Shown one piece after another: positions 47,935 to 57,385 of a DNA stretch of 64,000 nt (positions are counted from its first letter, which is position 1; each line of letters starts with the position of its first letter). Origin of the DNA: Deltaproteobacteria bacterium. Lineage in GTDB: Bacteria; Desulfobacterota; Desulfomonilia; UBA1062. The notes below the pieces were generated by a model. It saw only the letters and a list, made by a program, of their open reading frames with translations. It did no database searches and was not told the DNA's origin. The stretch lies in the NCBI GenBank assembly GCA_029552245.1, contig JAKPDW010000077.1:64438-128437 (forward strand). The letters run 5' to 3'. Both the position numbers and the translations under genes were made by a program.

Positions 47935-49852
47935 GATCGTCATTGCACTCGCTGGCCAGCCCAACTGCGGCAAGTCCACGATCTTCAACGCGGTCGCCGG
48001 CTTCAAGGTGAACACGGGGAACTTCCCCGGCACCACCGTATCGTACACCGAGACCACGGTCTTCCTCGCGAACGAGACCGTGAGGCTCATAGACCTCCCG
48101 GGCACGTACTCCATATCGTCCGTGGACCCGGCGGAGAAGGTGGCGAGGGACTTCCTCCTGTCCGGCAGCGCGGACGTGGTGATCAACGTGCTCGACTCGT
48201 CCATCCTCGGCCGGTCTCTCGAGCTCACGGTGCAGCTCATGGAGATGAACGTGCCCATGGTCATGGCCCTGAACATGCACGACGAGGCCCTGGACAAGGG
48301 TATCGACATCGATGTGGAGAAACTGCGGGAACTCACCGGCGTCGAGGCGTACCCGGTGGTCGCCGTCGAGGGCAAGGGCGTCCGGGTCCTCTTCGAGGCC
48401 GCCGTCCGGGTGGCGAGAAGCGACTTCAAGCCTGTCAAACCGGTATACGACAGGGACGTCGAGGAGTGCATCGCCAGGATCCTGTCCGCATACCCCGAGC
48501 GGCTGAGAAGCAAGCTGCCCCTGGACAGCCGCTTCGTGGTCATCCGGCTCCTCGAGATGGACGAGGAGTTCGAGAGGATCGTCTGGAGGGAGGACGCGGA
48601 CTTCCTCTCCCACGTCATCAAGGAGAGAAAGGCGCTCGCAGAGCTGCACAACTGGCCGGAGGCGGGGGTGTTCTCCTCCCACAGGCACGCCTACGTGTTC
48701 GACCTCTTCGAGGCAGTGGCAAAGGTCTCGGCCAAACAGAAGGTCACCCTGAGAGAACACATGGACCGCTTCATCACCAACCCGGCGGGCGGTATCGCGA
48801 CGGTGCTCGCCATCCTGTTCCTCATGTTTCTCGCATCGTTCACGCTCGGGGACATCATCTCGGGCTTATTGGAACAACCGCTCGGGATGCTGGATGAACT
48901 GGCGGCAGGGCTCCCCGAGGGGGCCTTGCAGGCCGTGGTTTCCGGGCTCATCGACGGGGTGGTCTCCGGGATGGGGATCGTGCTGCCCTACCTCCTGCCA
49001 CTTCTGGCGGTCATGGCGATGTTGGAAGACTCCGGCCTCCTGCCGAGGATCGCCTTCATGGTGGACGGCATCCTGCACCGCTTCGGCATGCACGGGAAGG
49101 CGGCCATCCCCCTCATCCTGGGATACGGCTGCAGCGTGCCCGCGGTCATGGCCGCCCGCAACATGGAGTACGAGCGGGACCGGATCGTGACCATGCTCAC
49201 CGTGCCCTTCATCGCCTGTTCCGCAAGGAGTGTCGTGATCCTCGCGCTCGCCGGGAAGTACCTGGGCGCCGGCGTGACGACCGCCGTCTACGCGGCCAAC
49301 ATCCTCGTCACCCTCATGGTTGCGTTCTTCCTCTCCCGGATGAGCACGCAAGCCTTCCCTGGCATCATCATGGACGTCCCGCCGCTGAGGAGGCCGTATC
49401 CGAGGATCGTGGCGAACAAGGTCTGGTGGAGATTGCGCGAGTTCCTCGTCTTCGCCTGGCCCGTCATCATCGTCTCGAGCGTGGCGCTGGCCTTCCTCGA
49501 AAAGGTGGGCATAGACGGCATCGTCAACCGGGCCCTGTCCCCTGTCACATCTGGCCTGTTGGCGCTGCCCGAAGCCACCGGCGTCACCCTGTTCTTCGGG
49601 ATCTTCCGCAAGGAGCTCACGCTCGCGATGTTGAACCAGGCGCTCGGCGCCATGGATCTCGCATCCGTGCTCTCGAGCGGGCAGATACTCGTCCTGACCG
49701 TCTTCTCGATGCTCTACATACCGTGCGTGGCCACCCTGACCACCCTCTGGAAGGAAGGGGGCATCAAGATCGTGCTCTCGTCAATCCTGCTGAACACCAC
49801 GGTCGCCCTGCTCGCGGCCGGTGGGCTGTCCTGGGTCCTCAGGGCCTTCTGA
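47915..49852 (+). CDS. feoB: Ferrous iron transporter FeoB
   Basis: GQPNCGKST, GNFPGTTV, DLPGTYS, LGYGCSVPA, PFIACSAR, YIPCVAT. Confidence 0.96.
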   Translation: MTPRQGEIVIALAGQPNCGKSTIFNAVAGFKVNTGNFPGTTVSYTETTVFLANETVRLIDLPGTYSISSVDPAEKVARDFLLSGSADVVINVLDSSILGRSLELTVQLMEMNVPMVMALNMHDEALDKGIDIDVEKLRELTGVEAYPVVAVEGKGVRVLFEAAVRVARSDFKPVKPVYDRDVEECIARILSAYPERLRSKLPLDSRFVVIRLLEMDEEFERIVWREDADFLSHVIKERKALAELHNWPEAGVFSSHRHAYVFDLFEAVAKVSAKQKVTLREHMDRFITNPAGGIATVLAILFLMFLASFTLGDIISGLLEQPLGMLDELAAGLPEGALQAVVSGLIDGVVSGMGIVLPYLLPLLAVMAMLEDSGLLPRIAFMVDGILHRFGMHGKAAIPLILGYGCSVPAVMAARNMEYERDRIVTMLTVPFIACSARSVVILALAGKYLGAGVTTAVYAANILVTLMVAFFLSRMSTQAFPGIIMDVPPLRRPYPRIVANKVWWRLREFLVFAWPVIIVSSVALAFLEKVGIDGIVNRALSPVTSGLLALPEATGVTLFFGIFRKELTLAMLNQALGAMDLASVLSSGQILVLTVFSMLYIPCVATLTTLWKEGGIKIVLSSILLNTTVALLAAGGLSWVLRAF

Positions 49853-49920
49853 CAATACATCCAGAGGCCCGCAGGCCAAGGCACAAAAACGAGCCCGGAC
49901 CGCCCAGCGTGAGCCCGGCG

Positions 49921-50071
49921 GCGACGGCCGTGCGTGCCCGGGCCTTCGGCCTGATGCGGCTGGATAGTTGGGACTGGTCGCGCGACGGCCGTGCGTGCGC
50001 GGGCCTTCGGCTTCTGTAGGTCTGCCAGCGCCGCCAGGATCGCGACTGCCGTGCGTGCGCAGGCCTTCGGC
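49921..50071. repeat. Intergenic mini-array D (30 nt x3, spacers 31 and 30 nt)
   Basis: GCGACGGCCGTGCGTGCCCGGGCCTTCGGC (49921), GCGACGGCCGTGCGTGCGCGGGCCTTCGGC (49982), GCGACTGCCGTGCGTGCGCAGGCCTTCGGC (50042); spacers unrelated. Confidence 0.9.
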
Positions 50072-50572
50072 ACCGTCGAGCACCAGCGAACGCGGACCGT
50101 CGAGGCCGACCCTACCCTCGGGGCCGGTCTTCCTCGCGTGCTCCATCTCGACAAGGACGATCGAGCATGGCCTTGTCGATTCCGCAGCCCGACCTGAAGA
50201 CCCGAGGCACTTCCCCCGCAGGCCCCAACGGGGCGTGGGAGGCCCTTACGAGAAGGCCGATCCTCCAAGCTCGAGAGACGAGCATTCTCGCCCTGTCTTC
50301 CATGCGCCGCGTTGACCTGGGACCGTCCCGTGATGTCGTCCCATGCGCGCACATGCCTTTCCACCGCGTTCCACAGGCAAGAAGGGTGGGTGTTAAGAGA
50401 AAGTACAACGCACGGGCCCCCCTTTCCCGTCATGACACACCTCTTTCACCTGGCCGGTTGACAAAAGGAGGGATCTGATTTATTGAATTATCGATTCTTT
50501 TGTTCGATTGTTCGTGAATCTCGCGACCGTGCACAGATGGATGGAATCTCATTACAAAGGGGGATCGTAACG

Positions 50573-51226
50573 ATGACAGAGGCCACCATTCAGGCTTTGA
50601 ACGGGCTCAGGGACCTGACCATGGTCAAGTGGTACATCATCCCGCTGCTTGCGATCGTGTTCTACATCTACACGAAAGAGATCAAGGCCGCCAAGCAAAG
50701 CGGCGACTGGAATGCGGTCTTCGCGGGCGCCACGATCTTCGGCGTGGACTTCTTCAACGAGACCTGGAACGGGTGGGTGCTCCACTTCACGCAGAGAAGC
50801 GCCTTCTGGACAACGCCTGGCGACACGGCGCTCCGCACCATGGTGGGCTGGAACATAGAGATCATGTTCATGTTCTCCCTCGTGGGCATCATCTTCTACC
50901 ACACCCTCACCGAGGGCAGGAAGGTGAAGATCCTGGGACTCCCGGAGATGTGGTTCTGGGCGATCGCTTACTCGGCCTTCTGCGTGTTCGTCGAGTGCCT
51001 CCTCAACATCGGCGGTCACCTGGTGTGGGAATACCCCTTCTGGAACCTCTCCCTCAAGGGCGTGCCCCTCATCTTCCTCATAGGCTACTTCCACTTCTTC
51101 TGCGCCGCGATATGGGTCATCACGCGAAAGACCATGAAGGCCAAGATCGCCCTCCTGGTGCTGTTCTACAGCGTACCCGCGGTCATGAACATCCTGGCCT
51201 TCGGCGTGTTCGGGTGGAACTACTGA
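50573..51226 (+). CDS. Hypothetical polytopic membrane protein
   Basis: About 6 aromatic-rich TM segments; clean coding pattern; RBS AAAGGGGG. Confidence 0.75.
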   Translation: MTEATIQALNGLRDLTMVKWYIIPLLAIVFYIYTKEIKAAKQSGDWNAVFAGATIFGVDFFNETWNGWVLHFTQRSAFWTTPGDTALRTMVGWNIEIMFMFSLVGIIFYHTLTEGRKVKILGLPEMWFWAIAYSAFCVFVECLLNIGGHLVWEYPFWNLSLKGVPLIFLIGYFHFFCAAIWVITRKTMKAKIALLVLFYSVPAVMNILAFGVFGWNY

Positions 51227-51605
51227 CAGGGCACGGTACCCAAAGACACCCTGTCCTGCCTTGGGGGGCGCGATCCTCGCCCCCCGCCCACCGGGCCTCG
51301 GTGCCCGCCAGCTGGTGGGCCGTCTCTCAACGCGCCGGGGGCTCACCACGGCACCTCGAGGGTCGGGGACACGGGGAGGGCTCGTTGCTCTTCACGGCGC
51401 CGAACGGGCACCGCACGAGGGGTCGCGGGCCGAGGGCGGGCGTGTGACGCACCGGGCGACGTCCATGCATGCGTCAGGGGGCACGGGCTTGTCGTCGGCC
51501 GCCAAGCCCCCTTTTCGCGGACCGGGCACAGCTCTCCCCCGGTTTCCCTGCGGGGATCGCCCGTCCCCGCGGACCCGGAGTTCAGGGAGAGGGGACCGGC
51601 ATGGG

Positions 51606-52889
51606 TCATGCCGACCCGGCCGAGGCCAATGCCTGCTCTATGTCCGCAAGGATATCGTCTATGTGCTCGATCCCCACGGAAAGCCTTATGAAGTCGTCAG
51701 TGACCCCGGTCGAGGCCCTCTCCTCTCTCGTGAGCTGCTGGTGGGTGGTGCTTGCCGGGTGGATGGCCAGTGTCCTCACATCCCCTATGTTCGCGACATG
51801 GGATATGAGCTTCAGCGCATCGATGAATCTCCGGCCCGCTTCCATCCCCCCCCGGATGCCGAACCCCACGATGGCCCCCGCGCCCATGGGCAGGTATCTC
51901 TTCGCCTTTTCGTTCTGCGGGCTCGACTCGAGCCCGGGGTAATTCACCCAGGCCACCGACGGGTGCCGCTCGAGGTACCTCGCGACTTCAAGGGCGTTCT
52001 CCGAGTGCCTGATCATGCGCAGGTGTAGGGTTTCGAGGCCCTGGATAAAGAGGAAGGCATTGAACGGGCTCATCGCGCAGCCGAGGTCCCTCAGGAGATC
52101 GACCCGCGCCTTCACGATGTACGCCATGTTCCCGAAGGTCTCGGGGAAGACCGTCCCATGGTAGCCGGGGTCAGCTTCGGTGATGAGCGGGAAGTCCCCC
52201 CGGGACCAGTCGAACCTCCCCGAATCCACGATGACACCCCCCATCGAGGTGCCGTGGCCGCCGATGAACTTGGTCGCGGAATACACCACGATGTCCACGC
52301 CGTGATCGAATGGCCTCAACAGGTACGGGGTCACCGTGTTGTCGAGCACGAAGGGGACTCCAAAGCCGTGCGCGATCAGGGAAACGAGCTCGAGGTCGGT
52401 CACGTCGAGCTTGGGGTTCCCTATGGACTCGGCGTAGACCGCCTTCGTCCTCGGTCCTATGGCTTTTTCGAGCGCGCCCGGGTCTTCGGAGGGGACGAAC
52501 TTCACGTTTAAGCCCAGGCGGCTCAACGTGTGACGGAAGAGGTTGTAGGTCCCCCCGTAGAGGTTGTCGAGCGCCACGATCTCGTCTCCAGGCCCGGCGA
52601 TGTTCAGGAGGGCGAGGGCGATCGCCGACTGCCCGCTGGAGACCCCGAGCGCCCCCACGCCCCCGTCCATCATGGCCAGGCGCCTCTCGAGGACATCGGT
52701 GGTGGGGTTCATGATCCTCGTGTAGATGTTCCCCTGTTCCTCGAGGGAGAAGAGCCTGGCGGCGTGGTCCGTGTCCCTGAACAGGTAGGAGGTGGTCTGG
52801 TAGATGGGCACGGCCCTGGCCAAGCTCTGGGCGTCGGGCGTGTGCCCGCCGTGGATCAGCATCGTCTCCGTCTTCATCGTGACCTCCAT
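51606..52889 (-). CDS. metY: O-acetylhomoserine aminocarboxypropyltransferase (sulfhydrylase)
   Basis: [45 protein letters not shown]. Confidence 0.95.
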   Translation of the reverse strand: MEVTMKTETMLIHGGHTPDAQSLARAVPIYQTTSYLFRDTDHAARLFSLEEQGNIYTRIMNPTTDVLERRLAMMDGGVGALGVSSGQSAIALALLNIAGPGDEIVALDNLYGGTYNLFRHTLSRLGLNVKFVPSEDPGALEKAIGPRTKAVYAESIGNPKLDVTDLELVSLIAHGFGVPFVLDNTVTPYLLRPFDHGVDIVVYSATKFIGGHGTSMGGVIVDSGRFDWSRGDFPLITEADPGYHGTVFPETFGNMAYIVKARVDLLRDLGCAMSPFNAFLFIQGLETLHLRMIRHSENALEVARYLERHPSVAWVNYPGLESSPQNEKAKRYLPMGAGAIVGFGIRGGMEAGRRFIDALKLISHVANIGDVRTLAIHPASTTHQQLTREERASTGVTDDFIRLSVGIEHIDDILADIEQALASAGSA

Positions 52890-53007
52890 CTCTCATTGAT
52901 TTGCCCGCTCCACCCATCGTGCGCTGAAGAGGCCGACGCACCTTCAGGGCGGCTCCCACCTCCAAGGCCAGGGGAGACACCTCGAGACATGCATCGCCCC
53001 TCCCTCG

Positions 53008-53916
53008 TCACGATCTGTGCATGAAGAGCCCCCTGAGGCACCTCCTCGCGCCGTGGATCACCTCGCGGGGCAGGACGATCTCGGGTTCCATCCGTTCCAA
53101 GGCCTGCAGGATCTTCTCGAGGGTGACGCGCTTCATGTTGGGGCAGAAGGCCTCCTCCGTCGCCGCGAAAAAACGCTTTCCCGGGTTCTCGCGCCTGAGC
53201 CGGTGAAGGATACCGGTCTCGGTCGCCACGATCACTTCGCGACCCTTCTCCTCCCTGGCATACCAGCACATCCCCTCGGTGGACAGGATGCGATCCGCAA
53301 GCCTCCTCACCTCACTGGTGCATTCCGGGTGCGCATAGACCACAGCATCGGGATGCCTGTTCTTCGCCTCCACGATGCATTCGTCCGTTATCGCCGTGTG
53401 CGTCGGGCAGAAGCCGCCCCACGACACCACGTCCGCGCCAGCCTGCTCCGAGGCGTATTCCGCGAGGTTGCCGTCAGGCACGAACACAAGTCGGGAGCCG
53501 TCCCTTGCCAGTTCTTTCACGACGCTCGCGGCGTTCGCCGAGGTGCAGCACATGTCACAGCCGGCCTTCACCTGGGCGGACGTGTTCACGTAGCAGAGGA
53601 TCTTGGCTCCCTCGTGCTCACGCCTCAAGGCGGTTATGTCCTCGGCCGTGATCATGTCCGCCAGCGGGCAGAGAGCGTCCATGTCAGGCAGGAGGACGGT
53701 CTTTCCGGGCGAGACGATCTTCGCGGTCTCGGCCATGAACCTTACCCCGCAGAACACGATCACTCCTGCGGCGGTCCCGGAGGCCTGTATGCTCAACCCC
53801 AGGGAGTCACCCACGAAATCCGCTAAGTCCTGCACCTCGGGCCTCTGGTAATTGTGGGCCAGGATCACAGCCCGCCGTTTTTTCTTGAGCCTCAAGATGT
53901 CCTCGACGATACCCAC
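53008..53916 (-). CDS. nadA: Quinolinate synthase
   Basis: LAHNYQ, FCGVRFMAETAK, YVNTSA, CPTH, AHPEC, CPNMK. Confidence 0.96.
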   Translation of the reverse strand: MGIVEDILRLKKKRRAVILAHNYQRPEVQDLADFVGDSLGLSIQASGTAAGVIVFCGVRFMAETAKIVSPGKTVLLPDMDALCPLADMITAEDITALRREHEGAKILCYVNTSAQVKAGCDMCCTSANAASVVKELARDGSRLVFVPDGNLAEYASEQAGADVVSWGGFCPTHTAITDECIVEAKNRHPDAVVYAHPECTSEVRRLADRILSTEGMCWYAREEKGREVIVATETGILHRLRRENPGKRFFAATEEAFCPNMKRVTLEKILQALERMEPEIVLPREVIHGARRCLRGLFMHRS

Positions 53917-53934
53917 GCGTCTTTCACCCTCTCC

Positions 53935-54375
53935 TCAGATCACGTACATGCAGGCCGCGTACGCCTTCTCCCTGCCTTTTCGCGCGAGGTCCTCGAGGGT
54001 GACCGAGGCGAGCGTCGAGGCGATACGATCAGTGATCTCGGCCCAGAGGTCGCGGCTCGGGCAATGTCCCGAACGGCTGCACGTGGACGGGTCGCCGACG
54101 CACTCCACGATGCACACACCCTTCTCGAGCACCTCCACGATCTCCTTCAAGGTGATCCGGGAGGCGGGCCTCGCGAGCCTGTACCCACCCTTGGCCCCAC
54201 GCTGCGCCACGATGAGACCGGCGGACTTGAGCGGGATCGCGATCAGGCTCAGGTACTTCTCGGACAACCCCTCTTCCCGCGCTATGTCCTTGAGGTACAC
54301 GGCGTTCTCGCCGCCCCTGAGCGCGAGATCCACCATGAACCTGACGCCGTAGCGTGAACGCGTCGACAGACGCAC
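53935..54375 (-). CDS. Rrf2-family regulator (IscR/CymR-like, Cys-ligated)
   Basis: MRLSTRSRYG, SEKYLSLI, RGAKGGYRLARP, EC-x6-C-x5-C. Confidence 0.92.
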   Translation of the reverse strand: MRLSTRSRYGVRFMVDLALRGGENAVYLKDIAREEGLSEKYLSLIAIPLKSAGLIVAQRGAKGGYRLARPASRITLKEIVEVLEKGVCIVECVGDPSTCSRSGHCPSRDLWAEITDRIASTLASVTLEDLARKGREKAYAACMYVI

Positions 54376-54390
54376 GACCCATTCCTTTCT

Positions 54391-54405
54391 CTACCTTTTT
54401 GGTAG
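54391..54405. promoter_or_regulatory. Palindromic candidate Rrf2 operator
   Basis: CTACC-TTTTT-GGTAG upstream of rrf2; related CTATT-TAATC-GGTAG at 54728-54742. Confidence 0.45.
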
Positions 54406-54701
54406 CATTTATACGCTTCGATCGGTCCTGTCAAGCCCACGTAGGGTGACGTGAACCCACGCCCCGGAGACTCGCCCCCCTCCGTACGCATGGATTGGGT
54501 ATACCCCGCCGCCTGAAAACGCCTTTCCCGCCTGCGGCCCACACAGGCACCGGTTCGCCCCCGGTCCCGTTCCCCGTCCTCGCAGGCCAGATCCACGCCC
54601 CATTCAGGCCGTCACCGGGAAAGCCACGGCCATGGCAAGCCACGAAAACGTTCACCGCCTCCTGCAGGACAAGGGCGACATCCCCCATTGTCATTCTCGG
54701 C

Positions 54702-54751
54702 TTGACACCCGTGGCCGCGTTCTTTTACTATTTAATCGGTAGAGTTTCTAC
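54702..54751 (+). promoter_or_regulatory. cysK promoter with overlapping candidate operator
   Basis: TTGACA-N18-TACTAT; overlapped by CTATT-N5-GGTAG and GTAGA-N3-TCTAC. Confidence 0.55.
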
Positions 54752-54800
54752 GGGTCGGCCTGAACGGGTCCATCGAGGGCGCTCTCTGCGGAGGTGAGGC

Positions 54801-55751
54801 ATGGCGAAGTACTTCCAGGACAATGCGAGATCCATAGGCAACACCCCCATGGTGAGGATCAACCGCATGGCGCAGGCAACCGGCGCACTGGTCCTCGCCA
54901 AGATCGAGGGCAGAAACCCGGCGTATTCCGTGAAATGCCGCATCGGTGCGGGCATGATCCGGAAGGCCGAGCAGGACAGGACATTGATGCCCGGAATGGA
55001 GATCGTGGAGCCCACGAGCGGGAACACGGGCATCGCGCTCGCCTTCGTGGCCGCCTCGCTCGGCTACCGCCTGCACGTGACCATGCCGGAGACCATGTCC
55101 CTGGAGAGACGCAAGGTGCTCGCCTTCTTCGGCGCAAACGTCATCCTGACGCCGGGCAGCCTGGGCATGAGGGGGGCGGTGGAGGAGGCGGAGCGCATCG
55201 TCGCCTCGGACAGGAAGTACTTCATGCCCCAGCAGTTCAAGAACCCCGCGAACCCGCAGACCCACTTCGAGACGACCGGGCCGGAGATCTGGGAACAGAC
55301 CTCCGGCGGCATAGACGTGCTCGTCTGCGGTGTGGGCACCGGCGGGACCATCTCCGGGGTCTCCCGCTACATCAAGAAGGACAGGGGCAAACCGATCCTG
55401 AGCGTGGCGGTCGAGCCGGCATCGAGCCCCGTCATCTCGCAGCGACTCTCAGGCATGCAGATCAGGCCGGGCCCGCACAAGATCCAGGGGATCGGCGCCG
55501 GCTTCATCCCCGACACCCTCGACCTCGACCTCGTTGACCGCGTGGAGAAGGTCACCGACGAGGAAGCCATCGAACACTCGCGGCGCCTCGCCAGGGAGGA
55601 AGGCATCCTCGCGGGCATCAGCTCCGGTGCGGCCATGGCCGCGGCCTTGAGGCTCGCCCGCATGGATGCCTTCAAGGGCAAGACCATCGTCGTGGTGCTC
55701 CCCGACTCGGGCGAGAGGTACCTCTCGAGCGTCCTCTTCGAAGGGGTGTGA
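54801..55751 (+). CDS. cysK: Cysteine synthase A
   Basis: [53 protein letters not shown]. Confidence 0.97.
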   Translation: MAKYFQDNARSIGNTPMVRINRMAQATGALVLAKIEGRNPAYSVKCRIGAGMIRKAEQDRTLMPGMEIVEPTSGNTGIALAFVAASLGYRLHVTMPETMSLERRKVLAFFGANVILTPGSLGMRGAVEEAERIVASDRKYFMPQQFKNPANPQTHFETTGPEIWEQTSGGIDVLVCGVGTGGTISGVSRYIKKDRGKPILSVAVEPASSPVISQRLSGMQIRPGPHKIQGIGAGFIPDTLDLDLVDRVEKVTDEEAIEHSRRLAREEGILAGISSGAAMAAALRLARMDAFKGKTIVVVLPDSGERYLSSVLFEGV

Positions 55752-55761
55752 GGGTCTTGCC

Positions 55762-56238
55762 ATGAGAACTCGGGGATCCCCCGGCGCGCTCGGCGCCGTC
55801 GTGGCCTCCGTCAACGTGGGCTTGCGCGTCGGCCAGAAGAAGACCCCTGTCGCAGAGGCCGTCCTGGAGGAAGGTGCGGGCGTCATCGGGGACGCCCATT
55901 GCCGGACGCCACGCCAGGTGAGCCTGCTCGCGTACGAAAGCATCGAGAAGATGGTCTCCATGGGCCTGGATGTCGGCGCCGGGGACTTCGCGGAGAACAT
56001 CACCACGAAAAACGTCCTGCTGCACGAACTCCCGGTCGGGACGAGGCTCGCCCTGGGCGAAGGACCGATCGTCGAAATCACCTCGATTGGAAAGGCCTGC
56101 CATCGCCGGTGCGAGATATTCAGGAAAGCTGGCCACTGCATCATGCCGAGGGAGGGCGTATTCGCGAAGGTCATCAGGGGGGGAAAGATAAGGCCTGGGG
56201 ATACCGTCAGAATCCTCGGCCGGGCCTCCAGGCGTTAA
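55762..56238 (+). CDS. MOSC-domain protein
   Basis: GDAH, RQVSLL, GDFAENITT, EITSIGKACH, MPREGVFAKV. Confidence 0.9.
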   Translation: MRTRGSPGALGAVVASVNVGLRVGQKKTPVAEAVLEEGAGVIGDAHCRTPRQVSLLAYESIEKMVSMGLDVGAGDFAENITTKNVLLHELPVGTRLALGEGPIVEITSIGKACHRRCEIFRKAGHCIMPREGVFAKVIRGGKIRPGDTVRILGRASRR

Positions 56239-56470
56239 ACCGGGACCCTGTGGGCGTCGGCCCCCCGGGTGCGAGGCGTCGAGGCACGCACAGGGGCCAT
56301 GCGCAGCGTGGAGCTCGATCCCGCCGGGAATCGCGGCCGCAGGGGGAAGAGACCTAGCCGAACATACCCCGCTCCTTTAAGGACCAACCTGAGGGCGCCC
56401 CCATCGGCCATGGGAGAGAAGTCAGGGCGGATGACGAACCTTCCAGCGGGGGCCTGCCCTTTCAAATCCC

Positions 56471-56499
56471 TTGTGAACACATGCCGGAAGGCGCATAAT
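56471..56499 (+). promoter_or_regulatory. Putative sigma-70 promoter
   Basis: TTGTGA-N17-CATAAT, 78 nt upstream of the ATG at 56578. Confidence 0.5.
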
Positions 56500-56577
56500 A
56501 TGATCCGACTCAATCTTCGGCTCCAGGGTGCTCAGACAGGCGAAGACCCTGTGAGCCGGACGTACGGGGAGGTGGCC

Positions 56578-57267
56578 ATGAGGAAAACGGTTCTTCAGTC
56601 TGCCATGCTTTTCGTCCTTCTGTTCTGCTTCCAGACGGCGACGTCGGCCCAGGGCCCGATGATGGGATCCCCCCGGCTGAAGGGCGAGTTCAAGCCCGTG
56701 CTCGGCGCCTGGGCGCAGTACCGACTCAAGGGCGGGGACATGCCCTCTTCCACCATGAAGATCGCGATCGTCGGCAAGGAGGGATCGTACTACTGGTACG
56801 AGACGATCACCGAACAGGGTGGAGAGACCACCATAGCCAAGATGCTCGTCTCGGGCGACCCCGGCAACAGCAAGGCGGTCAAGAGGTTCATCGTCAAGAA
56901 CGGGGGCGAGCCCGCCATGGAGATGCCGGTCACGGAGAGCGCCAAACCGGCAGGTCCCCGCGAGGCACCCTGCACCATGGTGGACAAGGGGAACGAGACG
57001 GTGAGCGTCCCTGCAGGGACGTTCAGGGCGAGGCACCTCCAGTTCACCTGCGGGAACGAGCGGGGGGATACGTGGGCGAGCGAGAAGGTCCCCCCCTACG
57101 GCATCGTGAAATCGACGACGAGGGGCATGGAGATGATCCTCACCGGCTACGGCATGGGCGCGAAGACCGCCATCACGGAGACGCCGCGGAAATTCACCAT
57201 GCCGCCCATGCCCAAGGGAATGCCGAAGGGCATGATGCCGCCCGGCATGGTACCCCCCGGCGATTGA
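56578..57267 (+). CDS. Secreted beta-rich hypothetical protein (VPAGTF motif, Met/Pro-rich tail)
   Basis: Signal peptide MRKTVLQSAMLFVLLFCFQTATSA; ETVSVPAGTF; tail MPPMPKGMPKGMMPPGMVPPGD. Confidence 0.75.
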   Translation: MRKTVLQSAMLFVLLFCFQTATSAQGPMMGSPRLKGEFKPVLGAWAQYRLKGGDMPSSTMKIAIVGKEGSYYWYETITEQGGETTIAKMLVSGDPGNSKAVKRFIVKNGGEPAMEMPVTESAKPAGPREAPCTMVDKGNETVSVPAGTFRARHLQFTCGNERGDTWASEKVPPYGIVKSTTRGMEMILTGYGMGAKTAITETPRKFTMPPMPKGMPKGMMPPGMVPPGD

Positions 57268-57385
57268 TCGGCCCCTCCCGGTGGGCCGTGGCCCGTGGCC
57301 GCACGCGCCCCGTCTGCCTAGAGCGAAGAAGGTTTGAAATGTGTTTCTGTGCGGCAGGAGACCTGCCGATAACTATGGAGAGATC

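Noticed and set aside
49921-50071. Calling the mini-arrays bona fide CRISPR arrays
   Set aside because: Only 2-3 repeats each, no cas genes or leader seen, and no known repeat termini; annotated as repeats and raised as findings.
51350-51430. Possible sixth degenerate repeat pair (GGCACC..CGAGGG(G)TCG) about 57 bp apart between convergent genes
   Set aside because: Too short and gapped to distinguish from chance in GC-rich DNA.
52890-53007. SAM/SAH riboswitch upstream of metY
   Set aside because: Only a short CTGAAG/CTTCAG hairpin; conserved SAM-I and SAH core motifs are absent.
56281-56307. c-di-GMP-I riboswitch suggested by CACGCACAGGG
   Set aside because: The conserved GCAAACC, GAAA tetraloop and GACGCAAAG elements are missing; treated as a solo repeat copy.
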